A stretch of 50,508 nucleotides of DNA. It comes from a virus. Taxonomy: Duplodnaviria; Caudoviricetes. The stretch is from IMG/VR virus record IMGVR_UViG_3300013117_000343, positions 1 through 50,508 of that record, one strand, 5' to 3'. Position 1 is the stretch's first letter; every line of letters begins with the position of its first letter. Positions 8,697-17,991 of this stretch are shown in pieces. Position numbers and translations under genes: made by a program. A model generated the notes under the pieces. The model ran no database searches. It was not told the origin of the DNA and worked only from the letters and a program-made list of their open reading frames with translations.

Positions 8697-9548
8697 TCAA
8701 TTCACCCCCTTCCCCTTAATCTCAACTGAACAGTGCCCCCACTCTTGAAACCTATTAAACTTCACCTTTACATCACATGGGTTGCACACCCCATATTCTT
8801 CACATCTTCTAAACCCTCTAATTAACTTAACCTTATCATTTAATATGTGACCCATTGGGTTAATATCATTGTAGAGGTCATGATGACATCTAAAAATAAA
8901 ACCAGAGGGGTTTATCAAGAGCTCAGAAGGCTTACACTTAACAGTTAGTTTTCTAAGTTTAGTGCAAGCATTTTGATATTTGTAAGTGTTCTTCTCCCAA
9001 CCAGTGCTTAAAAACCTTTTAGTTCTAAAGTCTATGCCCCTCTCCTTACACATCCTAATCATAGACCTGTTAGTGTTCATAAACATAATATTATCAAATC
9101 CCCAGATGCCCACCTTATACCCCATCTTTTGAAGGGTGTGAACCTTGCTAACCATCTCAGCTTGATTGGTTTTTTTGTGTAGGCTAAACCTAATACTGGC
9201 ATATTTAGCTCTTCTTTTAAATACGTAAGGGTCAACTCTACTTACGAACTCATCCAGGTTAAACATACCATTAGTTACTAGGTCTAACCCTATCCCCTTA
9301 CGATATAAACCATCTACTATGGTATAAAATTGTGGGTGGATAGTCGGCTCTCCTCCTTGGAGAGTAAGAGGTAGGTCTGCTCTGTTCTGTATGCGAGCCA
9401 AACCATCTATCCACCCCGTAGCTCCTAACTCCTCCGTCTTAACGAGCCTGTCGAACCTATTGATACAGTAGGTGCAAGCCATGTTACACCGAAAAGTTAA
9501 GAAAACTCCTACGTAGTTATAAGTTTTGGGTAGTGTGATTGGTCTCAT
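8697..9548 (-). CDS. Radical SAM enzyme with C-terminal twitch/SPASM-like cysteines
   Basis: CNMACTYC, GGEPTIHP, VTNG, C...GFIFRCH...CEEYGVCNPCD. Confidence 0.92.
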   Translation of the reverse strand: MRPITLPKTYNYVGVFLTFRCNMACTYCINRFDRLVKTEELGATGWIDGLARIQNRADLPLTLQGGEPTIHPQFYTIVDGLYRKGIGLDLVTNGMFNLDEFVSRVDPYVFKRRAKYASIRFSLHKKTNQAEMVSKVHTLQKMGYKVGIWGFDNIMFMNTNRSMIRMCKERGIDFRTKRFLSTGWEKNTYKYQNACTKLRKLTVKCKPSELLINPSGFIFRCHHDLYNDINPMGHILNDKVKLIRGFRRCEEYGVCNPCDVKVKFNRFQEWGHCSVEIKGKGVN

Positions 9549-10056
9549 ATAAGTCCTTTTCTTCTATTACCAAAGTTGGTAATGGTGAGATAAACATACT
9601 GTTGTAGAGGCTTTGTATTCTCTCAGGTTTTACTAATCGGACGGTTGTGATGTGGGGCTCAAACACGTTGGTGAAGTCATGGTTGTGTTGAAGACCTACA
9701 TCAAATTTGCCATCCTGGGAACCAATTATCGCTCTGATTAGGATTGGAAGAGTGAATTGCCCACCACTCATCTTCGGCACTAGAGCCATGTGGTTTATAA
9801 TTGCATCGGCGGCTATTAGCATGAAGTCCATTCTTTGGAACACCACTATAGGTTTGTAGCCTTGCATCGCAAGACCTATTGCAGCCCCTGCAATTAAGTT
9901 TTCGCAGATGGGCATCTCTAAGCATTTTTTCGCATTTACTTTGGTCATGGTGCCATATATATCTCCTGCGTTTTTTAACCCTTCTCCGAGGAACACGGTC
10001 TTTGGTTGTTCTCCTAGCCATGTCATCACCTCCGTTAGTTCTTGTTTATAGGTCAT
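9517..10056 (-). CDS. TPP-dependent E1-beta/transketolase pyrimidine-binding domain only (no C-terminal domain)
   Basis: VFLGE, EMPICENLIAGAAIGLAMQGYKPIV, DAIINH, GLQH; 179 aa. Confidence 0.9.
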   Translation of the reverse strand: MTYKQELTEVMTWLGEQPKTVFLGEGLKNAGDIYGTMTKVNAKKCLEMPICENLIAGAAIGLAMQGYKPIVVFQRMDFMLIAADAIINHMALVPKMSGGQFTLPILIRAIIGSQDGKFDVGLQHNHDFTNVFEPHITTVRLVKPERIQSLYNSMFISPLPTLVIEEKDLYETNHTTQNL

Positions 10057-10199
10057 ATTATCTCCTTTATTTTCTCTTTTTTATATTCATAGCCGCACAA
10101 AGGGCATTTTTCGTGTTGAATGCCAAACTCTGCATGGCAGTTACCACATGTTACTTCAACTTTTACAATCCCTAATCTAATTAGGTCTTTAAGTTTCAT
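10053..10199 (-). CDS. 48-aa zinc-ribbon protein (not in ORF track)
   Basis: Hand translation MKLKDLIRLGIVKVEVTCGNCHAEFGIQHEKCPLCGYEYKKEKIKEII; ATGA overlap with E1-beta. Confidence 0.65.
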   Translation of the reverse strand: MKLKDLIRLGIVKVEVTCGNCHAEFGIQHEKCPLCGYEYKKEKIKEII

Positions 10200-10377
10200 T
10201 AGTTTGTTTTTGCCTTATGCTGTCAAGCACCTCCCATGTAGTGGGTTTATCAAGCCGCTTTAGAAATCGTATTTACCTTTCCAAAGGATAAAACCCTTGG
10301 TGCCATAGAAATAACAATTTCCATAAGAAACCATATTCCTTTACTTTCATAACTACCTCCTTTTTCTAACTACAATT

Positions 10378-10572
10378 TTAACACCCCATCCCTTCTACTG
10401 TTGCCTGTTTTATTATATCTTCTTGGGGGACACTTACATAGTGATGTTTACAAATCCAGACCTTCTTCCCATTGTGTTCTACCACCTGAAAATCTTTGGT
10501 AATGGGTTTCTTGCAGATAGGGCACTGACCCTTATCTACTCTACTAGATACAATGTTATTACATTGAGACAT
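10378..10572 (-). CDS. Small zinc-finger protein
   Basis: CPICKK...WICKHH. Confidence 0.6.
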   Translation of the reverse strand: MSQCNNIVSSRVDKGQCPICKKPITKDFQVVEHNGKKVWICKHHYVSVPQEDIIKQATVEGMGC

Positions 10573-11197
10573 GTGCACCTACCCCCACGTGAGGCCACCT
10601 TCTCACATAGTTATACCTTATTATATTCCTCGCAACCATTGGTGTAAAGTTATGCCATCTCTCTTCTTTGGTGCTCTCCACCGCAAGGTCATTATCCTCT
10701 ATTATGAAGGTGAGAGGTAGACTGCGGGAGTTGCCAAACCTCACTGCCTCCATAAAATGCCCAGTGTCTTCTCCACCATCTCCCACGAAGCACCAGACAT
10801 GACCTTTAGACCTCTTCTTTTTTAATCCAAGGGCTAGACCTACAGCAATAGCACACCCTCCACCCACTATCGCTGAGGTTAGGAAGTTAATTGACTTATC
10901 GTAGATGTGCATGCTCCTTCCCTCTCCTTTGCAGATGCCACTCTTCCTACCTAAGATTTCATCATGGAGCTTTTGGGCATCTCCTCCTTTTAAGAGATAG
11001 TGGTAATGGTTTCTATGAGAACTAACTACCCAATCTTTAGGTTTAATTGAACTAAAGAGTGAGATTAGCTGCTCCTCATTTCCTCCTGATAAGTGGATGG
11101 GGCAGGAAATCTTACCTTGTTTAAATAAAGTCTTAATGTTCTCCTCAAACCCTATGAGCTCTTCCTTTGTCCATCTCTTATTAGGTATACTCTTCAT
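10559..11197 (-). CDS. TPP-dependent dehydrogenase E1-alpha-like subunit, short form
   Basis: HLSGGNE, SSHRNHYH, GRSMH, AIVGGG, TPP motif GDG..EDN; 212 aa. Confidence 0.92.
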   Translation of the reverse strand: MKSIPNKRWTKEELIGFEENIKTLFKQGKISCPIHLSGGNEEQLISLFSSIKPKDWVVSSHRNHYHYLLKGGDAQKLHDEILGRKSGICKGEGRSMHIYDKSINFLTSAIVGGGCAIAVGLALGLKKKRSKGHVWCFVGDGGEDTGHFMEAVRFGNSRSLPLTFIIEDNDLAVESTKEERWHNFTPMVARNIIRYNYVRRWPHVGVGAHVSM

Positions 11198-11409
11198 CTT
11201 AATATCTTTGATACCTCCATCATCGCCTCTATTTTACCGTTTATGAGCAATGGGTGATAAATACCCTGTTGACTTTTAATTACATCAAGGTATTTATTCA
11301 TGCTCTTTAATATCCTTATGCTCTCCCTTATCTTACCTATTTCAAACCAGACCTTCGCTGTTATTATAAGACATAAAATGTGGAATAAAGTAACTATCAA
11401 AGTCCCCAT
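11194..11409 (-). CDS. Small protein with N-terminal transmembrane helix
   Basis: LIVTLFHILCLIITAKVW. Confidence 0.55.
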   Translation of the reverse strand: MGTLIVTLFHILCLIITAKVWFEIGKIRESIRILKSMNKYLDVIKSQQGIYHPLLINGKIEAMMEVSKILR

Positions 11410-12755
11410 ACTCTCCTCCTTGTCTCTAATCTAATCCGATTTAGCTCTTCCAGGGAAACTCCCATCATCCCTGCTATCTTTTTAGCCTTAAGAGTTGAGC
11501 TAAAGTTAATCCTATCCCACTCATAGGCTCTAATCATAGTTATCTCCTTAGAGGTGAACTCTGAGGTCTCTATTTGACCCTCTCTCCAGCTATCTCCCTC
11601 TTTTAGGCACTTCCCTTTGACGCACATGTCCCACAGGCGAGTATGTTTAAGAGGGGTGGCTGTAAAGACCTTAGTATAATCGGCGTCTATATACTCGGCT
11701 ACTTTAAGGGTCTTTCTAATCTCAGTCCAGGTCTCCCCTGGGAAACCTATGATGAAATTAGCCGCCACAAAGATACCATACTCTTTAGCATCTTGTATAA
11801 CACATTTGGCGTCTTCTAAGTCTATCCTTTTACCTATGATTTCCCTTTGAACTCTCCTGCTTCCACTCTCAATGGCTACATCGATATACTTACAGCCGCT
11901 CTTAGCCATAAGTCCAATCATCTCATCATCCATTTTGATTACTGAGGTAGCTATCATAGACCAAGGCATAGTGAGACCTCTCCTAATCATCTCTTGGAAA
12001 AGACTCTTAGCCCTCTTCTCATTATATAGTAGGTTATCGTCGTCAAAAATAAGAGACTTAATCTTATAATCCTTCTTAAGCCAGCTAATCTCTTCAATAA
12101 CATTTTCTACACTCCTTCCTCTCCAGCGTTTGCCCATTATCTCCTCTACTTGACAGAAACAACACCCATACGGACAGCCCCTAGACGTTATAATGCGTCC
12201 ATAAGGATACGAACACGGAGCGTCTACACTTTTCCGTATGGGTGGTTTATTTATATATGATTTTAAATCAATTAAGTCGTATGCGGGTAGGGGGAGTTCA
12301 TTTAACTTTTGGATTGGGAGGGCTTGGTGAATACCATGCCAACTATAGCCAAGGGTTATTTGGTTCATTAGGTATTCTCCCTCTCCCTTGACTATTATAT
12401 CTATCTCTGGAGCTTTTATTAAGATGTCAGCGTTCATACTGGGAGATACTCCTCCAACTACTACTTGTATTTTTTTAGATACAGCTTTAACTGCTTTGGC
12501 GGCTCTAAGAGTGGCTCCAAGTTGAGAGTCTATCATAGTAGTTATACCTACCATGTCTGGTTTCTCTTTCTCTACACGTTTTGCAAATACTGATGTTTCT
12601 AAGTCCTCTTTATAAGCATCTATTATATTTACCATAGTCCCATTCTTTCTAACTTTGGCGGCAAGGAGGCATAGATTGTAAGGTATGTAATCCCAGAGGA
12701 AATCCTTGTTTGTCTCACTCCATCTAAAGTTGGGGACTACAAGGGTTAGGTTCAC
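11397..12755 (-). CDS. Cobalamin-binding (class B) radical SAM enzyme, putative methyltransferase
   Basis: PDMVGIT, VVVGG, KGEGE, TSRGCPYGCCFC, FDDDN, IESGS, FIIGFPGET. Confidence 0.95.
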   Translation of the reverse strand: MNLTLVVPNFRWSETNKDFLWDYIPYNLCLLAAKVRKNGTMVNIIDAYKEDLETSVFAKRVEKEKPDMVGITTMIDSQLGATLRAAKAVKAVSKKIQVVVGGVSPSMNADILIKAPEIDIIVKGEGEYLMNQITLGYSWHGIHQALPIQKLNELPLPAYDLIDLKSYINKPPIRKSVDAPCSYPYGRIITSRGCPYGCCFCQVEEIMGKRWRGRSVENVIEEISWLKKDYKIKSLIFDDDNLLYNEKRAKSLFQEMIRRGLTMPWSMIATSVIKMDDEMIGLMAKSGCKYIDVAIESGSRRVQREIIGKRIDLEDAKCVIQDAKEYGIFVAANFIIGFPGETWTEIRKTLKVAEYIDADYTKVFTATPLKHTRLWDMCVKGKCLKEGDSWREGQIETSEFTSKEITMIRAYEWDRINFSSTLKAKKIAGMMGVSLEELNRIRLETRRRVWGL

Positions 12756-13297
12756 AAGTCCTCCCTATTATCCCTCATCATGTTTAATGTCTCTTTGTTA
12801 AGTATCCTAAATGAGTGTAATTGCCTTCTAAACTCAAACTCTACCATCTCCTCCTCATAGAATACATACTCTATTACGGCCTTTCTGCCTGCTATTGAGA
12901 TAGGTAGACATACTCTTATATGACGAGAATGATTATGTATTGTCATTTCTTCTGGGTAATACTTAATAAAGTTAAATATCCTGCCCCTGATATAATTAGC
13001 AAGCCTTGTCCTAATCTTCTTCTGGCTCCATTTGTAATTAAGGCGTTCTTGTAACCAATTTCCTATAGCGTGTATTTCTTCTCTCCTTTTAGGAGCATTC
13101 TTAATAAACCTGTGTATAGTATTGTTAATCCTCCTATCAGGATTGTTTTGGGACACCAGCTGGGGTCTTAATCCCGTGGTGAGTGGAAGTGTCATTATAA
13201 GTAACATTAAACATACCCTATCCATATCCACAGTCAGGTTCCCCCTCACTATCCTCAACTGCCCACTCACATATGTGTGGAATTTGACTCTCACCAC
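12752..13297 (-). CDS. Hypothetical protein with hydrophobic segment (start uncertain)
   Basis: ORF on coding strand; VCLMLLIMTLPLTTG may be a signal or TM segment. Confidence 0.55.
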   Translation of the reverse strand: MVRVKFHTYVSGQLRIVRGNLTVDMDRVCLMLLIMTLPLTTGLRPQLVSQNNPDRRINNTIHRFIKNAPKRREEIHAIGNWLQERLNYKWSQKKIRTRLANYIRGRIFNFIKYYPEEMTIHNHSRHIRVCLPISIAGRKAVIEYVFYEEEMVEFEFRRQLHSFRILNKETLNMMRDNREDL

Positions 13298-13326
13298 TCA
13301 TAATACACTTTGTGAAAGGGCAAAGT

Positions 13327-13704
13327 TTACTGCGACTGATGCCTAATTTTAACCTCTCTAAACCCCTTCTTAGTAGTCCTGTTAATCTCATTTTTATACT
13401 CCACTCTCTTCCTGTTAAGGTTTCTAATAGCTATTGCCCTTCTCCCTATCTCAGAGAGAGTAAACTTCTTCTCGCCGCCTTTCCTAATTTCATTCTCCAG
13501 GTTCCAAATGTCTATATTTGCCATAGTAAGTCTAATAGTTGCTGTTATTAAGTGAGAATTTATTCCTGAAGCATTGAGTCCCTTGATTATACTTTGGTAT
13601 TCAGGATATGCTGCTTCCTCACCAAAATATATTTTACGAATGAGAATTGAAAGCTTGTCTATTACATCACCAAGAGAGTATTGAGGTAGTTTAGACTTTT
13701 TCAC
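13327..13704 (-). CDS. DUF6165-like helical protein
   Basis: SLGDVIDKLSIL...NIDIWNLENEIR...AIAIRNLNRKRVEYKNEIN...EVK. Confidence 0.75.
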   Translation of the reverse strand: MKKSKLPQYSLGDVIDKLSILIRKIYFGEEAAYPEYQSIIKGLNASGINSHLITATIRLTMANIDIWNLENEIRKGGEKKFTLSEIGRRAIAIRNLNRKRVEYKNEINRTTKKGFREVKIRHQSQ

Positions 13705-13886
13705 AATTTTTATCCTTTCTATGAATTGTCATGTGCTCACTAAATGTGACAACTGCACTACTACCGCAGTATACGTATTTTGTTATTTGACAGTATACTC
13801 TGTTTATATGCCTTTTTTTATGGGTGTATTCAACGTATGGTCTACCATTTTTATATTTTACTTTGTTAATATTTATAGGTGTTCCA

Positions 13887-14105
13887 TTATAACTCCATAA
13901 CTTTCAATAATATACTAAAACATCTCTTGCAAACGTGCATCTTCTTAACAAATTCTATTCTATTAGGGGGAGATAATAGAATACCTCCAAACTCTTCAAG
14001 TCTTTCTTTACAAAAATAGCAGATAGGTTTTATGCCTATTCCCTCTTTTCTCCTTCTTCTCCTAGCATCGCTATACTTATGCTTCCCCATAAATCCTCCC
14101 ATCAT
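13887..14105 (-). CDS. Small zinc-finger protein
   Basis: CYFCKE...GGILLSPP...HVCKRC. Confidence 0.65.
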   Translation of the reverse strand: MMGGFMGKHKYSDARRRRRKEGIGIKPICYFCKERLEEFGGILLSPPNRIEFVKKMHVCKRCFSILLKVMEL

Positions 14106-14153
14106 TTATCATCTTACACACTTCCATTAGGTCTTTGTCTACTTTCTCTCTCA

Positions 14154-14174
14154 TAATTTCAATTTTTGAACTTA
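14154..14174. promoter_or_regulatory. 21-bp palindromic operator, copy 2
   Basis: Minus strand TAAGTTCAAAAATTGAAATTA; the final A begins an ATG. Confidence 0.75.
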
Positions 14175-14395
14175 CTACTTCCAAAGTAATGCACACACCA
14201 CATAAGCAATCCCATTAACTATTAGTGTTATCCCTATCAGCATCATCGTTGGGTTTTTAACCTCTATCATTGTTTGCCCCCGCCTCCTTTTCCTTCTGCC
14301 ATTAAATTATCCATTATTCTTAACATTTCCTTTTCACTTACAACATCCCCTAATTTATATGTCATATTAGTCCTCTCCTTCCCCTAAATCTTCTT

Positions 14396-15079
14396 TTACC
14401 CTTCATTCTCTTTTATTACATCCTCGATTTTTAAATCATCACCCCATTGGGATATATAAAATAAATCTTTACAATCTTTCACCATGCCAAAAACTATCGG
14501 GTCGGGAACATTTTGCACATGTGCAACAACAAACTCCGAAAAACAATCTAATTTTTTTGCTTTAACTACATTGTCCAGCACATATTCAGGGGGTGTTGTG
14601 TCCCATTCTCTTAATGGTGTTAACTTTACCTCCTTTTGCTTGTTAACCCTTTCGGATACTTTACCACCATAATGCAATAAACAGATAAAGCCAGCTAGGC
14701 AGACTCCAGAAATAATGGACGGCCACAATAAGACATTGTTTTCTTTGACCAAGTAAGACAAGCTAGTAATTGACACAAATAAACTTAATAAAGCACCCAA
14801 AAAAGTTAGGTTAGCTAATAGCTGTAGTCTCTTACGGTTGTTTAAACTTTTCTCAAAATCGTCCAAATTTTTAGGTGTTACATATTTATAATGTTCATAT
14901 GCTACTGCTCTTCCCTTTGATACAACAACCTTAGATTTAATGCATTCTAACACTTTAACTAGCCCACACATTTCCAGCTTCGCTAAATAATCTTCAATGT
15001 GTGGATTAAGCTCAACTGCTTCTCTTTTTTTAGCTTTCTCAGCTAACTTAAGTAATGCCCATTTGTCTCCCATTTTCAT
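14396..15079 (-). CDS. Hypothetical protein with two central TM helices and C-terminal PDPIVFG...ISQW motif
   Basis: Two hydrophobic stretches at about aa 85-137; GGAG RBS. Confidence 0.75.
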   Translation of the reverse strand: MKMGDKWALLKLAEKAKKREAVELNPHIEDYLAKLEMCGLVKVLECIKSKVVVSKGRAVAYEHYKYVTPKNLDDFEKSLNNRKRLQLLANLTFLGALLSLFVSITSLSYLVKENNVLLWPSIISGVCLAGFICLLHYGGKVSERVNKQKEVKLTPLREWDTTPPEYVLDNVVKAKKLDCFSEFVVAHVQNVPDPIVFGMVKDCKDLFYISQWGDDLKIEDVIKENEG

Positions 15080-15146
15080 CTCTCCTCCTTATCTATTAAC
15101 CCCTCCTCAATATCACAGGTTCTTTAACTAAACATTCATTACAAAA

Positions 15147-15254
15147 CTAAGCCTTAACTTTTTTATTAGGCGCAAAATCAAATACAGGCCTCCACTTACC
15201 ATTACCCTTAGTAATCTCAAAGTATTTATTGCAATGATAGCAGTTGTTACTCAT
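15147..15254 (-). CDS. 35-aa hypothetical protein (CxxC)
   Basis: MSNNCYHCNKYF...; GAGGAG RBS. Confidence 0.45.
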   Translation of the reverse strand: MSNNCYHCNKYFEITKGNGKWRPVFDFAPNKKVKA

Positions 15255-15270
15255 TGGCTTCTCCTCTATT

Positions 15271-17304
15271 CTAAATAAAGTTAATATGCTCAGGTGGATT
15301 AAGGTAGTTCCATATGAATGCATTTGTGAAATCATGGCGGCACGAGCCAGCACACATAGTATGCACATCAAAATCTTCCCTCATATACTTAATTATATGC
15401 CAATACCTATCACTATCAATAATCTCTTTTAGAGTATTTTTCTTAAGGTCACCATAACAATAATCACTATTATTGAATAGATAACCACAAGGGTAGCATT
15501 TAGAATTCCCACTAATTTGAAAAATAAGGGGACAATCTACACATCTATCATAAGGTCTCCTACCCTTACTCGCTATCATCCCCCATTTAGGGACAATTTT
15601 AGTCTTATCATTAGATAGCTTCTGAGCTTGTTTCAACACCTCTAACACTCTCTTATTATCATACCAGTTTAAATTAAAGTGGGACATACCCTTACACCCT
15701 GGGTCAGAGAACTGTTTAATTACGAAATAGTCAACTCCCTCTCTTACTGCCCACTTAGCCTCTGGTATTACTTGCTCAAGACAGTCAGGTATAAACACCA
15801 TCTGAAGTCCAATGGTGCACTTATACCCTTTAGTTTTCTTAATATAGATTGCAGAACGGATAGCGGCCTGCACACGCTCCCACTGAGGAACACCATGAAT
15901 GGTTTTATATCCTCCTGAGTCAACGGCAGATAGGTTGAAGCGAAGCCATGTGCAGGTGGAGAGAAGAATTCTTAACTTAGTCTCATCTAAAAAGATACCA
16001 TTTGTTGCAAATCCTATGTCTAACCCCCACTTCTTACCCTCAATACAAGCATCATAGACGGCTGGGTTAAGTGTAGGCTCCCCATCTCCCGTGAGGGTAA
16101 GAGACTTAACTCCCAAGTATGGGGCATCTATAAAAAGTTTAATGAGTATATCTCTTGGTATAACATCCATTGACATCTTTTGATGTATACCATAACAATT
16201 GTGAACACAAAGTCCTTTTGCAATAAATGTATGACTTTCGGTTGTTAGGTCATACACTTCAGTAACTCTTCCGATTGACACAAAATTAACTCTTAATACG
16301 CCCTCAATTTTACAATCAAAAGCTTTTTCAAACTTTCTTGTTATAGCGGGAGTTGTTACTTGCATAAATCTAATACGATTTTCATAACCTTTTGTAACTC
16401 TTACCACTTTTACACTTTTACCATAATCCTCTAACGTGTTTGGAATGTGGAGCTTGTTCAATGACAATGTTATCATATGCAATACAGAAGTGTCGCTATT
16501 AGATATTCTCAAATTGTTTCCGCTTATACTTCCTTCAGCGTCAAAAATACCTCCAAGGTATCCTCTGTAGAAGCTTTGACTTTGCCCCAACAATAAGTCT
16601 TTGTAACTTATAAATTTTTTAAGAAGATGTGTGTGCTCTTTTCCTATTACATAAAGCTTATGCTTACTTCTTTTATAAGAAACAATGAAACCTATATCAA
16701 TTAGGTATTGATAGGCTCTATCAAGGGCTTCTATGTCAATCATGTCCAATCTCATATGATAGGTAGAGTATCTAGGTGATATATTAAATGTGCCATCACC
16801 ATCTATTATTCCTTTTACATAACCTATTTTGTAATCTCTATCTATTAACTGTATAGGTATTTGCTTTCCTATGTAATGAACATCATTATTATTCGTTAGT
16901 TTTCCAGCATCTTTCCATCCTCTATGTTTGACAAGGACTTGGTGGTCTGGAGTAATCTCTAATGTTTCTCCATTTGTAAAGTGCACTACATTGGTGATAG
17001 CCATTCTTTTGTGGATATCTGTAACAGTGGTATATTTTAATCTTCTTTGCTTATGTATATTTCCAATCTCATCAAAACCTATAACAGTGTCCCCAACCTT
17101 GACATCTTTTATTGGCTTTGTGCCCAAAGGTGTGGTTATTGGTGTATCTCCTGTTACACAATAAATACATTTAGCATTACACCTCTTAGTAGCACCAATA
17201 TCTATATGGAGGGGATATATTTTCCAACTGTTTCGGTAGTGGTTATTAACCCTGTCCAGGTGCCATAAGAGTTTACACCCATCAAAAAGGTAGGGGTTAT
17301 CCAC
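15271..17304 (-). CDS. Radical SAM/SPASM-twitch enzyme interrupted by an intein
   Basis: Spliced motif CNAKCIY/CYG; TGDGEPTLNP, ATNG, CYPCG...YCYGDL, CAGSCRH. Confidence 0.93.
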   Translation of the reverse strand: MDNPYLFDGCKLLWHLDRVNNHYRNSWKIYPLHIDIGATKRCNAKCIYCVTGDTPITTPLGTKPIKDVKVGDTVIGFDEIGNIHKQRRLKYTTVTDIHKRMAITNVVHFTNGETLEITPDHQVLVKHRGWKDAGKLTNNNDVHYIGKQIPIQLIDRDYKIGYVKGIIDGDGTFNISPRYSTYHMRLDMIDIEALDRAYQYLIDIGFIVSYKRSKHKLYVIGKEHTHLLKKFISYKDLLLGQSQSFYRGYLGGIFDAEGSISGNNLRISNSDTSVLHMITLSLNKLHIPNTLEDYGKSVKVVRVTKGYENRIRFMQVTTPAITRKFEKAFDCKIEGVLRVNFVSIGRVTEVYDLTTESHTFIAKGLCVHNCYGIHQKMSMDVIPRDILIKLFIDAPYLGVKSLTLTGDGEPTLNPAVYDACIEGKKWGLDIGFATNGIFLDETKLRILLSTCTWLRFNLSAVDSGGYKTIHGVPQWERVQAAIRSAIYIKKTKGYKCTIGLQMVFIPDCLEQVIPEAKWAVREGVDYFVIKQFSDPGCKGMSHFNLNWYDNKRVLEVLKQAQKLSNDKTKIVPKWGMIASKGRRPYDRCVDCPLIFQISGNSKCYPCGYLFNNSDYCYGDLKKNTLKEIIDSDRYWHIIKYMREDFDVHTMCAGSCRHDFTNAFIWNYLNPPEHINFI
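16198..17160 (-). mobile_element. 321-aa intein with LAGLIDADG homing endonuclease
   Basis: Block A CVTGDTPI, block B ITPDHQV, YVKGIIDGDG and YLGGIFDAEG, blocks F/G VYDLTTESHTFIAKGLCVHN followed by +1 Cys. Confidence 0.96.
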
Positions 17305-17608
17305 TTTTCAAATCCTCCATTGCAGCCTTTACAAACTCTTCTGCTATTACATGGATTTGTTTAACTAGTGCTTCCCCCATTTGCATTACATCGGGAGCAC
17401 TAACTATAGAGCCTACAACTTGGCTCATAGACTTATTATCTCCAACTGGTGCTATAGTGAAAAGGATGAAACTCCTAGCTTTTCCAAGAGCACTCACTGC
17501 TTCCTTCATATTCTTATCAAGTGCTATCTTTCTGAGCTCAGGATTATTGTTTGTTATCACTATCCTCTCATCTCTATTCTTATCCATCTTCCCCTCCTCA
17601 TTTGACAT
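17297..17608 (-). CDS. Hypothetical protein
   Basis: ORF on coding strand, overlaps neighbours. Confidence 0.65.
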   Translation of the reverse strand: MSNEEGKMDKNRDERIVITNNNPELRKIALDKNMKEAVSALGKARSFILFTIAPVGDNKSMSQVVGSIVSAPDVMQMGEALVKQIHVIAEEFVKAAMEDLKSG

Positions 17609-17765
17609 ACTTAATCTCCCTCGTGGGAAACCTAAGAACTAGGTCTTTATTAGCTTCCTCAATTGAGTCAAACTCTTTGCCTGCGGCATCTTGAGAGTTC
17701 TTAGCCACCCACCAAAAGGTTCTGTAAGCATCAACTATCTCCACTATCAGTTTAGTTTGGGTCAT
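17598..17765 (-). CDS. Hypothetical protein
   Basis: AGGAG RBS precedes ATG 17765. Confidence 0.55.
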   Translation of the reverse strand: MTQTKLIVEIVDAYRTFWWVAKNSQDAAGKEFDSIEEANKDLVLRFPTREIKYVK

Positions 17766-17991
17766 GGTTCTTCTCCTTAAGATAAATGTTTCCAAATTTA
17801 TCCATCATGACTTCGTCTTCGTCTATGCTGTAGCGAGGGAAGCCATACTCACATTGCCAGACGCCTTTACTTAACCTAACTAGAGGTCTCCCACAACTAC
17901 ATTTGGCGTTCCCATCAAAGATTGCGAACCACTGCCCTCCACTTAGCATCTCACTTTTATAATCCCCTTCAAACGGGACTCTCTCACTCAC
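17752..17991 (-). CDS. Small zinc-ribbon-like protein
   Basis: KCSCGRPL...GVWQCEYG. Confidence 0.6.
   Translation of the reverse strand: MSERVPFEGDYKSEMLSGGQWFAIFDGNAKCSCGRPLVRLSKGVWQCEYGFPRYSIDEDEVMMDKFGNIYLKEKNHDPN

Noticed and set aside
8697-9548. QueE / 7-deazaguanine DNA modification pathway
   Set aside because: No folE, queD, queC or dpdA-like genes are recognisable.
10191-10350. Stop-codon readthrough or alternative genetic code (a 25-codon ORF whose frame stays open past TAA)
   Set aside because: All long genes are intact under the standard code with TAA, TAG and TGA all used as stops; this is more likely a decayed micro-ORF.
9517-11197. Pyruvate dehydrogenase as an energy-metabolism auxiliary gene
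   Set aside because: Both subunits are truncated, there is no E2/E3, and the context is radical SAM genes; a biosynthetic carboligase is more likely.
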